Shown here: one piece after another, positions 52,407 to 62,215 of the stretch | Position numbering within the stretch: position 1 is the first letter of the stretch | How the letters are laid out: every line of letters starts with the position of its first letter | Program-made: the position numbers and the translations under genes | Assembly (NCBI GenBank): GCA_963764715.1 | Contig: CAVXTP010000001.1 | Coordinates: forward strand, 1 to 64,000 | Length of the DNA stretch: 64,000 nucleotides | Origin: an uncultured Acidobacteriota bacterium | GTDB lineage: Bacteria; Acidobacteriota; Thermoanaerobaculia; UBA5066; Gp7-AA6 | Reading direction: 5' to 3' | Notes under the pieces: generated by a model | What the model saw: only the letters and a program-made list of their open reading frames with translations | What the model was told of the DNA's origin: nothing | Database searches by the model: none

Positions 52407-55097
52407 CTAACCGGCGGCAGCAATGAGCTTCTGAAACCGAGGATTCCCGCGCAGCGGATCGAAGTTCGGGTCGATCTTCAGCCAGCCGGGCGAAAGGATG
52501 TAGGGGATCTTTAGAAGGGGCTCGAGCTGGTCGAGCGCTTTGTCGGGCTCCCCCGCCAGGATGTAGATCCGCGCGAGCTGGTGCTGCAGGAATGGGCCGG
52601 TGAACCCGTCCTTCGCGATCGGGAGCATCGCCACGCCCTTCTGCGCCTCGGCGATCCCCTGCGCGGTGTCGCCCGCGTAGGCGAGCGCCAGACCGAGGCC
52701 CACGCGGCGCTGCGCGTCCTCGGGGGAGGACTGCAGCTGCTCCTCGATCGCCTTCCTTGCCGCGTCGGCGTGCGCGCGCGTCTTCGCCGCGTCGCCGCGG
52801 AGGGCCCAGGCCTGCGCGAGGCAGAGGCCCCAGGTGGCGCGATCGCCGTCGAAGGCGCTCGGCGCCAGGCTCACGAGAAGGTCTCGCTGCTTCTCGTCGA
52901 GGAGCCACACGACGTCCCAGTAGGCCGCCACGTAGGCGACGAGCGCCGCGGGTTCGACCTCCCGGGGCGCCGCGGCGAGCACGCTCCTCGCTCCCGCCAG
53001 ATCGGCCTCTCCGAGAAACGTCATGGCCTTGCCTTCGATCAGGCCGAGGTGCGTCGGCGCGATGACGAGCCCCCGGTCGAAGGCCTCCCGCGCCGGGGAA
53101 AAGCGACGAAGCCAGTAGTACGCGTCGCCCAGCCGGCGCAGCACGCTGACCGAGCGGGGGTCGAGCCGTTCCGCCTTCTGCAGCGTCTCGACGGCGGCGT
53201 CCCACCGGCCGAGCGCCACATCGGCCACGGCGATCGCCGAGAGCAGGTCGGCGTTTCCGGGCGAAAGGGCCCGCGCGCGGGCGTACTGCTCGAGGGCCCG
53301 GTCGGAGTCCTTCGTCACGAGCCGTTCGTACTGGCCCATGGCGACGTAACCGTCCGGGCGATTCGGCGCGAGGCGGACGGCCCGCTCGGCGGCCTGCCGC
53401 GCGGCCTCGGCGAGCGCGGGCGTCGGCCCGCTGTTGCCGTAGAGCATGGAGTTCGCCCTCGAAACCCTCGCCCAGGCCTGCGCAAACCCGGCATCGAGCG
53501 CCACGGCCCGCTCGTAGAAGGAGAGGGCCTGGCGCAGGCTCGGCGGGTCCTGGACACCCATGCTCCGGGAGACCTGCTCGCCCCGGAGAAACTCGTCGTA
53601 CGCGGCGAGGTCCTTCGTGGGCCTTTCGTTCAACTGCTGCTGCTCGCGCGGCTGGAGCACGACGCCGAGCTCCTGCGCCACGCGCGAGGCGATGTCCGAC
53701 TGCACCTGGAACACGTTGGTCAGGGCGGCGTCGAAGGGCTGCTGCCACTTGGACGCCGGCGCCTCCGAGCCCGCCACTTCGACGAGCTCCGTCGAGACGT
53801 GCACCCGACTCTCCGCCGCGGCCTTGTCCCAGCGCACCGTCGCGGTCAGGAGGTATCGCACGCCGAGCTCCCGGGCGATCTCCTGAGGCGTCTTCGTCGT
53901 CTTGCGGTAGGGAGTCGAGCTGCCGCGCGCGATCACCTGCAGCCCCGGCAGGAGCGTCAGCTTGCCGCGGACCTCGTCGGCGATCCCGTCGGCGAAGTAC
54001 TCGTCCTCGGGCGCGCCGAGATTTTCGAACGGCAGCACGGCGAGTCGGGTCGGGGCGGCCGGAGCCGCCGCGGTGGTCTTCGCCGGCCGTTGCGGCCTCA
54101 GCAGGAGGAAGAGGCCGACGGCGGCGGCGAGCCCGATCCCGCCCCAGAGGGCGAGCCGGCCGACCGGTCTCCGGCGCCTCCGGGGCGGAGGAGGCTCGGG
54201 CGCAACGGGCCGGGGGCCGCTTCCCGCCACCGCGGCCGCCGCGGAGAGCGAGGCCTCCGAGAGCGCGAAGACGACGTCCTTGGCCGACTGAAAACGGTGG
54301 TTCGGGTTTTTCTCCAGACAGTGGCGCACGACGTGGTCGAGAGCCGGCGCGATCCCGCGACCGGACTCGGCCGGATCGGGCGGTTCGTCGCGCAGGATCG
54401 CCGTCATGGTCTCGATCGCAGAGGTCCGCCGGAAGGCCCGCTGGCCCGACAGCATCTCGTAGAGGATCGCTCCGAACGAAAAGATGTCCGAGCGGTGATC
54501 GGTTTTCGCGGCGCGCACCTGCTCCGGTGACATGTAGCCGGCCGTGCCGAGCACGACGCCGGGTTCGGTCAGGCCCGGGTCGGTGAGCGCCGGCGACGCC
54601 GAGCCCGCGGGGTCGCCGCCGACGCGCTTGGCGAGCCCGAAGTCGAGGATCTTCAAATGCCCTGCGTTGGTCACGAAAATGTTCTCGGGCTTCAGGTCCC
54701 GGTGGACGACCCCCTTCTCGTGCGCCGCGGAGAGCCCACGCGCGATCTGGAGCGCGTAGTCGACGGCCGCCGCCTCGGTGAGAGGGCCCGCCTCGAGGCG
54801 TCCGCGCAGCGTGTCGCCCTCGAGCAGCTCGGTGACGGCGTACGCGACGCCCTGCGCGCTTCCGAACTCGTGGATCGCAAGGATGTTCGGATGCGACAGG
54901 GCCGCGACGGCCTTGGCCTCGCGCTCGAACCGCGCATACGCGTCCTGGTCCAGCGCGAGGTTCCCGGGCAGCACCTTGATCGCCACCTCGCGATCGAGCG
55001 TCGTGTCGCGGGCGCGGTAGACCTCCCCCATGCCTCCGGCTCCGAGGGGCGCAAGCACCTCGTAGTGGCCGAGGAGGCTGCCCTCGGAGAGTGGCAT
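52407..55097 (-). CDS. Ser/Thr kinase K7: kinase - TM - TolB-N-like domain - TPR repeats
   Basis: Start MPLSEGSLLGHYEV; LAVLPFENLG...EYFADGIA; TPR helices; IDPNFDPLRGNPRFQ tail. Confidence 0.92.
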   Translation of the reverse strand: MPLSEGSLLGHYEVLAPLGAGGMGEVYRARDTTLDREVAIKVLPGNLALDQDAYARFEREAKAVAALSHPNILAIHEFGSAQGVAYAVTELLEGDTLRGRLEAGPLTEAAAVDYALQIARGLSAAHEKGVVHRDLKPENIFVTNAGHLKILDFGLAKRVGGDPAGSASPALTDPGLTEPGVVLGTAGYMSPEQVRAAKTDHRSDIFSFGAILYEMLSGQRAFRRTSAIETMTAILRDEPPDPAESGRGIAPALDHVVRHCLEKNPNHRFQSAKDVVFALSEASLSAAAAVAGSGPRPVAPEPPPPRRRRRPVGRLALWGGIGLAAAVGLFLLLRPQRPAKTTAAAPAAPTRLAVLPFENLGAPEDEYFADGIADEVRGKLTLLPGLQVIARGSSTPYRKTTKTPQEIARELGVRYLLTATVRWDKAAAESRVHVSTELVEVAGSEAPASKWQQPFDAALTNVFQVQSDIASRVAQELGVVLQPREQQQLNERPTKDLAAYDEFLRGEQVSRSMGVQDPPSLRQALSFYERAVALDAGFAQAWARVSRANSMLYGNSGPTPALAEAARQAAERAVRLAPNRPDGYVAMGQYERLVTKDSDRALEQYARARALSPGNADLLSAIAVADVALGRWDAAVETLQKAERLDPRSVSVLRRLGDAYYWLRRFSPAREAFDRGLVIAPTHLGLIEGKAMTFLGEADLAGARSVLAAAPREVEPAALVAYVAAYWDVVWLLDEKQRDLLVSLAPSAFDGDRATWGLCLAQAWALRGDAAKTRAHADAARKAIEEQLQSSPEDAQRRVGLGLALAYAGDTAQGIAEAQKGVAMLPIAKDGFTGPFLQHQLARIYILAGEPDKALDQLEPLLKIPYILSPGWLKIDPNFDPLRGNPRFQKLIAAAG

Positions 55098-55167
55098 CGG
55101 GCGTTGTCCGGATTCTACCCGCAGTCGTGGAATATCCTTGCCGCGCTTACTCAATCGAAAGGCCGTC

Positions 55168-57375
55168 ATGAGACCAGCGCCGACGCGTCGCCTCGCCTCG
55201 CTCATCGCCCTTCTCGGGGCCCTTCCGCTCCTGGCCCAGACCCCGCGCGAGCTCACCGTCGACTGGATCTACGGCGAGGAAGCGACCGCGGCGGCGAGGC
55301 TTCCGAAGTTCGCCTGGACGACCGCCGACGACGTCCTCGTCCTCGATGAGCGGGCCGCTCCGCCCCGGCGGACGATCGAGCGGATCCGGGCGAAGACCGG
55401 GCAGCGCTCCGCGGCCGTCGACGCCGCCGCCGCGCTCGCGAGCCTCCGGGCGATCTCTTCGGAGAACGCCCCGGCGTCCCTCGCCTGGCCGGAGGCGTTC
55501 GATCCCGCGGGAGCCACCGGGATCTACGTCCTGGGAGACGACCTCTACGCCCTCGACCTGGCGGCGTCGCGCTTCTCGCGCCTGACCACGACGGACGCGA
55601 AGGAGACCCTGCCTCGATTCTCGCCGGACGGCCGGAAGCTCGCGTTCGTCCGAAGCAATGACCTCTACGTGATGGACCTCGCCACGAAGCGGGAGTCGCG
55701 GCTCACCTCCGACGGAAGCGACACGATCTTGAACGGCACGCTCTCCTGGGTCTACTGGGAAGAAATCTTCGACCGCGGCGATACCGGTTACTGGTGGTCG
55801 CCCGACTCGAAGTCCATCGCCTTTCTGCGGACCGACGAATCCGGCGTCGACGTCACGACGTTCACCGACTTCGCTCCGGCGGTGCCGCGCGAGATTCGCC
55901 AGCGCTACCCGCGAACGGGCCGGCCGAACCCGGCCGTCCGACTCGCAATCACGGACCTCGCCGGGGCGAAGACGGCCTGGATGGAGCCGTCCGGAGCCGC
56001 CTACGAGTACCTCCTCGGCGTGGACTGGCTGCCCGACAGCTCCGCCGTCGTCGTCCAGACGATGAACCGGGCCCAGACGAAGCTCGACGTCTGGCGATTC
56101 GATCGCGCCGCCGGGAGAGCGACCGTGGTCCTGAGCGACAGCGATCCCGCCCTCGTGTACCAGAAGGAGATCCAGTTCGCGGACGGCGGGAGAACGTGGA
56201 TCGTCTCGTTCGAGAAGAACGGCTACACGCACCTGTACCGCTACGGCGCCGACGGCGTTCGGAAGAACGCGATCACGCAGGGCGACTGGTCGGTCCGCGG
56301 AGGCGGCGGGTACGACGCGCCCCAGGGTTCGACCTTCATCGACGACGTGAGCGGCGACATCTATTTCTCGTCGACCGAGAAATCGCCTCTCGAATCCCAC
56401 ATCTACCGGATCCGGTCCGACGGCACCGGAAAGGTCCGCATCACGAAGGACGACGGAACGCACAAGGTCACGTTCTCTCCGGACCGCCGCTACTTCGTGG
56501 ATGCGTACTCGAACCGGAACACCCTGCCGTCGCTGGCGCTGTACGCCGCTTCCGGCGAGCGGCTGGCGACGATCTGGGAAACCGGGCCGGACTTCCTCGC
56601 GCCCTACGGTCTGACCGCCCGCGAGCTCCTCACGATCCCGGCGCCCGACGGCTTCCCCATCCCGGCGAGCATCCTGAAGCCGGCGGATTTCGACCCCGCC
56701 AGGAAGTATCCCGTCCTCATCCACGTCTACGGAGGGCCGGGCTCTCCGATCGTCCTGGACCGCTGGGGCCGCGACGATCTCTTCGAGCACCTTCTCGTCC
56801 AGCAGGGCTACGTCGTGGCGTCCTTCGATCCGCGCAGCGCCGCGGGTCGGAGCAAGGCGCTGGAGGACCCCGTCGTCGGCAAGATGATGAGCGACTCCGA
56901 GCTCGCCGACCTCCAGGCCGCCGTGAAGTGGCTCAAGGCCCAGTCCTGGGCGGACCCGTCGCGTTTCGGCATCTGGGGCTGGAGCGGCGGGGGCTCCTAC
57001 ACGCTCCTTGCGATGACCAGGACGTCGGAGTTCAAGGCCGGCATCGCCGGCGCGCCCGTGACCGACTGGCACTTCTACGACACGAAGTTCGGCGAGGCCT
57101 ACATGCAGACCGCGGAGACGAACCCGGAGGGCTACGCTTACACGTCCTTCGTGAAGCGCGCGAAGGACCTCTCGGGGCGGCTGCTCCTGGTCTTCGGGAC
57201 CTACGACGACAACGTCCACCCGCAGAACGAGTGGGCCTTCGCAGACGCCCTGATCGCGGCGGGCAAGCCCTTCGACATCATGGTCTACCCGATGCGCAAG
57301 CACGGCTTCGTCGACAAGCCGGCGATCCGCCACCGGGCCGCGAAGATGCTGGAGTTCTGGAAGCTCTACCTTTGA
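55168..57375 (+). CDS. Dipeptidyl-peptidase IV family (S9B) serine peptidase, exported
   Basis: Signal peptide, WVYWEEI, YGGPG, GWSGGG nucleophile motif, DDNVH, late His. Confidence 0.93.
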   Translation: MRPAPTRRLASLIALLGALPLLAQTPRELTVDWIYGEEATAAARLPKFAWTTADDVLVLDERAAPPRRTIERIRAKTGQRSAAVDAAAALASLRAISSENAPASLAWPEAFDPAGATGIYVLGDDLYALDLAASRFSRLTTTDAKETLPRFSPDGRKLAFVRSNDLYVMDLATKRESRLTSDGSDTILNGTLSWVYWEEIFDRGDTGYWWSPDSKSIAFLRTDESGVDVTTFTDFAPAVPREIRQRYPRTGRPNPAVRLAITDLAGAKTAWMEPSGAAYEYLLGVDWLPDSSAVVVQTMNRAQTKLDVWRFDRAAGRATVVLSDSDPALVYQKEIQFADGGRTWIVSFEKNGYTHLYRYGADGVRKNAITQGDWSVRGGGGYDAPQGSTFIDDVSGDIYFSSTEKSPLESHIYRIRSDGTGKVRITKDDGTHKVTFSPDRRYFVDAYSNRNTLPSLALYAASGERLATIWETGPDFLAPYGLTARELLTIPAPDGFPIPASILKPADFDPARKYPVLIHVYGGPGSPIVLDRWGRDDLFEHLLVQQGYVVASFDPRSAAGRSKALEDPVVGKMMSDSELADLQAAVKWLKAQSWADPSRFGIWGWSGGGSYTLLAMTRTSEFKAGIAGAPVTDWHFYDTKFGEAYMQTAETNPEGYAYTSFVKRAKDLSGRLLLVFGTYDDNVHPQNEWAFADALIAAGKPFDIMVYPMRKHGFVDKPAIRHRAAKMLEFWKLYL

Positions 57376-57403
57376 CGCCTGAACCTCGGCGAAGCTCCCG
57401 GTC

Positions 57404-57456
57404 GTAGGGGCGGCCCTTGCGGCCGCCCTCGGACGGGGACGAGCCCCGCCCCCTGC
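57404..57456. repeat. GTAG-type REP doublet
   Basis: gtaggggcggcccttgcggccgccc ... ggggacgagccccgccccctgc between convergent genes. Confidence 0.78.
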
Positions 57457-57478
57457 CCGGAGCCGGAACGACGCTGCT

Positions 57479-58312
57479 TCAGCCCCGCATCGCCAGAAGC
57501 CGCCGGATCCGCTCTTCGAGCGGCGGGTGGGTCGAGAAGAGCGCCATGAGGCCTCCGCCCGTCAGCGGATTGACGATGCAGAGGTGGGCGTTCGTCGGCG
57601 TCGCGCCCTCGAGCGGAATGCGGCCGGACGCGGCGCCGAGCTTCTCGAGCGCGCTCGCGAGCGGGCGCGGGTCTCCCATGAGCGTCGCTCCCGAGGCGTC
57701 GGCGCCGTACTCGCGGCTCCGGCTGACGGCGAACTGGATGAGCATCGCGGCGATCGGGGCGAGGATCACGAAGAGCAGGGCGAGCGGGTTCCCGCCGCCG
57801 CGGCGGTCGTCGCCGCTCCTCGGCGTCATGTAGGCGAACCGCGTCAGGAACGTCAGCGCGCCGGCGAGCGTCGCGGCGATCGACGACGTCAGGATGTCGC
57901 GGTTCAGGACGTGGGAGATCTCGTGGGCGAGAACCCCCTCGAGCTCGGCCTCGTTCATCGCCTGGAGGATGCCCTCCGTCGCGGCGACCGCGGCGTGCTG
58001 CGGGTTGCGCCCGGTCGCGAAGGCGTTCAAGGCCGGGCTCGGGACGACGTAGAGCCGCGGCATCGGGATGCCGGCCTTGCTCGCCAGGCGCTGGACGATC
58101 GCGTGGAGCTTCGGCGACTCGGCCTCGGTGACGGGCTGCGCCCGGTAGGCGGCGAGCGCGAGCTTGTCGCTGAAGAAGTACGAGACGAAGTTCATCACCG
58201 CCGAGAAGGCCAGGGCGAGGAGCATCCCCTGCTCGCCTCCGAGGGCGTACCCCGCGAGCAGGAAGAGTCCCGTGAGGAGCCCCAGCAGGAGCGTGGTCTT
58301 CATCATGTTCAT
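57479..58312 (-). CDS. htpX: Zinc metalloprotease HtpX
   Basis: NAFATGRNP, GVLAHEISH, SRSREYGAD, FSTHPP..ERI. Confidence 0.94.
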   Translation of the reverse strand: MNMMKTTLLLGLLTGLFLLAGYALGGEQGMLLALAFSAVMNFVSYFFSDKLALAAYRAQPVTEAESPKLHAIVQRLASKAGIPMPRLYVVPSPALNAFATGRNPQHAAVAATEGILQAMNEAELEGVLAHEISHVLNRDILTSSIAATLAGALTFLTRFAYMTPRSGDDRRGGGNPLALLFVILAPIAAMLIQFAVSRSREYGADASGATLMGDPRPLASALEKLGAASGRIPLEGATPTNAHLCIVNPLTGGGLMALFSTHPPLEERIRRLLAMRG

Positions 58313-58361
58313 CGCCGCACCTCCGCCGTGGTGTCGACGATATCGCTGTAACGGCGGGACG

Positions 58362-59641
58362 CTACTCGTAACGGAGCGCTTCGATCGGATCGAGCCGCGA
58401 CGCCTTCACCGCCGGGTACAGGCCGAAGAAGATCCCGACCGACAGCGAGACGACGAGCCCGAGGACGACGGACCACAACGGCGTCTCGGCCGGCAGGGCG
58501 TCGAAGGCCGCCTTGATCGCGGCGGGCACCGCGACGCCGACGGCGACGCCGATGATGCCGCCGAGGACCGAAAGGGTCGTGGCCTCCGTCAGGAACTGCA
58601 GCACGATGTCCCGGCGAAAGGCGCCGACGGCCTTGCGCACGCCGATCTCCCGCGTCCGCTCGGTCACCGAGACGAGCATGATGTTCATCACGCCCACGCC
58701 GCCGATCACGAGCGACACGAACGCGATGAAGATCATGGCCAGGGTGATGCCCTGGGTGATCCCGCGGAAGCTCTCGATCATCTTGTCCGGCGTGACGATC
58801 CCGAAGTCGTTCGGCTGGTCGAACCGGACGTGGCGCCGGGTCCGCAGGACCTGCTGGACCTTGTCGATGAGGGCGGGGACCTGGTCGGGCCGGTGCGGCA
58901 CCATGGCGATCCGGAGCGCGTCGCCGTCGAGGCCGCCGACCTTGATCCAGGGGAAGCGCCGGTCGAAGGTCGTCAGCGGGATCGTGACGAAGTTGTCCTG
59001 CGACTCGCCGAACATCTTCCCCTTCTTCTCGAAGACCCCGATCACCGTGTAGGCGTCGTGGCCGAGCGTGATCCGCTTCTGCAGGGGGTCCTCGCCGGGG
59101 AAAGAGCTTCTCCGCGATCTCCGCTCCGAGCACGATGACGTCGGCCGCGTGCTCCACGTCGAGCTCGTTCAGGAACCGTCCCTGCGACACGAAGCGGCTC
59201 AGGGCGACGGCGTAGGGCTCCATCACGCCGAAGACCCTCGGCGACTGGACCTCGTTGTCGCGGTACTTCAGGTGGAAGTTCGAGTTGTCCCAGAGGTAGC
59301 GCTGCGGCGAGACGGCCCGCGCCTCCGGCACCTGCTTCCCGGATCGCTTCGGCGTCGGCGAGGGTCAGGTCCTTCCTCCGCAGCTCCCCTTCCGGGCGCG
59401 GCCCGCCGGGCCCGAAGCGCGGCTCGTACTTCTGGACCATGACGAGGCTCGCGCCGAAGCTCTGGAAGTTGCGGACCATGTTGTTGTTGAAACCGGTGAC
59501 GATCGAGACCATCGCGATGACCGTCGCCACGCCGACGACGATCCCGAGAACCGTCAACCCGGCGCGCAGCTTGTGCAGGCGCACGGCGAGCATCGCGAAC
59601 CGCAGGTTCTCCCCGAACCCGCGCCTCAGGTGCTGGAACAC
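58362..59641 (-). CDS. MacB/FtsX-family ABC permease with two apparent frameshifts
   Basis: Paralog of 59702-60979; one extra base near 59337 and one in a C-run near 59098 join the three frames; C-terminal VTERTREIG...LDPIEALRYE. Confidence 0.85.
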
Positions 59642-59668
59642 GGGCGGACGCTATCAGCAGTCAGGCGC

Positions 59669-59694
59669 CCTGCCTCCTGCCTCCTGCCTCCTGC
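59669..59694. repeat. Heptamer tandem repeat (CCTGCCT) x3.7
   Basis: Same unit as 19368-19406. Confidence 0.85.
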
Positions 59695-59701
59695 GGGCGG
59701 G

Positions 59702-60979
59702 CTACTCGTACCGCAGCGCTTCGATCGGGTCGAGCCGCGAGGCCTTCACGGCCGGGTAGAGCCCGAAGAAGATGCCGACCGACATCGACACGAGGAGGCC
59801 AACGAGGATCGCCCAGAAGGGCGTCTCCGCCGGAAGGGCCGCGAAGGCCGCCTTGATCCCTGCCGGGACGGCGACCCCGACGACGACCCCGATGACGCCG
59901 CCGAGCAGCGACAGCGTCGTGGCCTCGGTCAGGAACTGGAGGACGATGTCGCGGCGGAAAGCGCCGACGGCCTTGCGCACGCCGATCTCCCGCGTCCGCT
60001 CCGTCACCGACACGAGCATGATGTTCATCACGCCGACGCCGCCGATCAGAAGCGAGATGAAGGCGATGAAGATCATCGCGCCCGTGACGCCGTTGGTGAT
60101 GCCGCGGAACGACTCGATCATCTTGTCGGGCGTCAGGATGTAGAAGTCGTCCTCGGCGTTGAACGGAACGGCCCGGCGCGCGCGCAGCAGGGCCCGCCCC
60201 TTCTCGATCACGGCGTCGACCTGGTCCGGCCGGTACGGCACCGTCGCGATGTGGATCGTGTCGCCCCGGCTGTTCTTGATCTGCGGGAACTGGTGGTCGA
60301 AGGTCGAGAAGGGAATGAAGAACCAGTGGTTGCTCGAGCCTCCACCGAAGTCGCCCTTCTCTTCCATGATGCCGACGACGGTGTACTTCCAGCCGTTCAG
60401 CTCGACGGTCTTGTTGAGCGGGCTCTCGTTGGGAAAGAGCGCCTTCTGGACGTCGGTGCCGATGACGCAGACCTCGGACGAGTGCGCGATGTCCGTCTCC
60501 GTGAAGAAGCGGCCGTGCTCGACGAAATGGTTGTTCGCGAGCGTGTAGTCGGGATAGACGCCCGCGACGGTCGGCGAGGTCGACTCGTTGCCGCGGTACT
60601 TGACCGTGACGTTGGTGCCGTCGAACAGGTAGCGCTCGGGCGACACGCCGCGGATCTCCGGGATCTGGGCCTTGAGCGCGAGCGCGTCCTCGAGCGTCAG
60701 GTCCTTGCGGTTGCGCTCCGTGTCGGAGCGGTGGCCGGGCCCGAAGCGCATCGAGAACTTCTGGAACTGCACCAGGGTCGCGCCGAAGCTCTGGAACTGG
60801 CGCGCCATGCTGTTGTTGAAGCCGTTGACGATCGACACCATCGCGATGACCGTCGAGACGCCCACGACGATGCCGAGCACCGTCAGCGAGGCCCGCAGCT
60901 TGTGCGCGCGGACCGCGAGCATCGCGAACCGCATGTTCTCGCCGAAACCGCGGCGCAGGTGGGAGATCAGGGAGGACAT
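59702..60979 (-). CDS. MacB/FtsX-family ABC permease
   Basis: HKLRASLTVLGIVVGV, GGVGVMNIMLVSVTERTREIG, LDPIEALRYE. Confidence 0.93.
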   Translation of the reverse strand: MSSLISHLRRGFGENMRFAMLAVRAHKLRASLTVLGIVVGVSTVIAMVSIVNGFNNSMARQFQSFGATLVQFQKFSMRFGPGHRSDTERNRKDLTLEDALALKAQIPEIRGVSPERYLFDGTNVTVKYRGNESTSPTVAGVYPDYTLANNHFVEHGRFFTETDIAHSSEVCVIGTDVQKALFPNESPLNKTVELNGWKYTVVGIMEEKGDFGGGSSNHWFFIPFSTFDHQFPQIKNSRGDTIHIATVPYRPDQVDAVIEKGRALLRARRAVPFNAEDDFYILTPDKMIESFRGITNGVTGAMIFIAFISLLIGGVGVMNIMLVSVTERTREIGVRKAVGAFRRDIVLQFLTEATTLSLLGGVIGVVVGVAVPAGIKAAFAALPAETPFWAILVGLLVSMSVGIFFGLYPAVKASRLDPIEALRYE

Positions 60980-60998
60980 GGCGACTAGCCCCCGGTCC

Positions 60999-62213
60999 TT
61001 ACTCGTATCTCAGCGCTTCGACCGGCGGCAGCTTGCTCGCCTGCGACGACGGGATCCAGCCCGCCAGGATGCCGGTCACGGTGGCGACGCCGACGCCGAG
61101 CAGGATGAACGAGAGTCGGACCTGCGCCGGGAACACCTGCTTGACCGCGAGCGCGATGAGGGTGCCGAGGATCACGCCGATGACGCCGCCGATCGAGGAC
61201 AGCAGGGCCGCCTCGAGAAGGAACTGCCGGCGGATGTCCCGGCGCCGCGCGCCGAGAGCCCGCCGCACGCCGATCTCCTTGGTCCGCTCGACGACCGACA
61301 CGAACATGATGTTCGCGACCACGATCGCGCCGACGACGAGCGAGATGCCCGAGATCAGGACCATCAGCAGGAACATCCCCGCCGAGATGCCGCGCCACAG
61401 GGTCTGGAGCAGCTCCGCCGTGACGAGGCCGAACGGATCGTCCTTCTCGAAGCCCGTCTTCCGGAGCGCCCGGAGGATCGTCCGGACCTCGTCGGTCGCG
61501 GCCGTCACGCCCTCGACGCCGCCTTTCGGCTTCAAGAAGATGCCGATGTCCTCGCTCGGCGCGATGTGCTTGTGGAAGAGCGTCAGCGGGATGTAGATCA
61601 CGTTGTCCTGGCTCTGGCCCAGGACCGAGCCCTGCTTGGCGAGCGTCCCGATGACCTTGACCGGATAGCCGTCGATCTTCATCACGCGGCCGATCGGATC
61701 GATATTCGGGAAGAGCTCGTCCTGCACGTCCCAGCCGATGACGGCGACGGGGAACGACTGGTTGTACTCGGTCTCGGTGAAGTAGCGCCCGTTGACGATG
61801 TCGAACTTCATGGCCTCGCCCATGTTCGGCGTGTGGCCCTGGATCTCGACCTGCGGGAGCTTGCGGTCCTCGTACTTGACGGGACGGTTGCGGTCGCCGC
61901 GCGCGCCGATCGACGCACAGAGCTTGCACTCGCGGCGCACGACCTCCATGTCCGTCAGCGTGAGGTCCTTGCGCTTGCGGGCCATCAGCCACTCTTCGCG
62001 GCTCGTGATGATCCCGTACTTCGTGAAGATGACGATGTCGGGATTGAGGCCGATCACCTTGTCCTTGACGTAGGCGTTCAACCCCGAGATGACCGAGACG
62101 ACGCCGACGACGGTGGCCACGCCGATGATGACGCCGAGCAGCGTCAGGAACGCGCGGAGCTTGTGCCGCGTGAGCGCCGACCCCGAGACGCGGAAGAGCT
62201 CGGCGGTGGTCAT
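60999..62213 (-). CDS. MacB/FtsX-family ABC permease
   Basis: HKLRAFLTLLGVIIGV, NIMFVSVVERTKEIG, PVEALRYE. Confidence 0.93.
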   Translation of the reverse strand: MTTAELFRVSGSALTRHKLRAFLTLLGVIIGVATVVGVVSVISGLNAYVKDKVIGLNPDIVIFTKYGIITSREEWLMARKRKDLTLTDMEVVRRECKLCASIGARGDRNRPVKYEDRKLPQVEIQGHTPNMGEAMKFDIVNGRYFTETEYNQSFPVAVIGWDVQDELFPNIDPIGRVMKIDGYPVKVIGTLAKQGSVLGQSQDNVIYIPLTLFHKHIAPSEDIGIFLKPKGGVEGVTAATDEVRTILRALRKTGFEKDDPFGLVTAELLQTLWRGISAGMFLLMVLISGISLVVGAIVVANIMFVSVVERTKEIGVRRALGARRRDIRRQFLLEAALLSSIGGVIGVILGTLIALAVKQVFPAQVRLSFILLGVGVATVTGILAGWIPSSQASKLPPVEALRYE

Positions 62214-62215
62214 CG

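Noticed and set aside
37028-54530. Long plus-strand ORFs (500-1040 aa) opposite the kinases, and similar ones elsewhere
   Set aside because: Antisense shadow ORFs expected in high-GC coding DNA. Their mutual similarity just mirrors the paralogous sense genes.
59085-59340. Phase-variable or recoded third permease
   Set aside because: Two +1 insertions in short homopolymers look like sequencing error, and the tracts are too short for phase variation.
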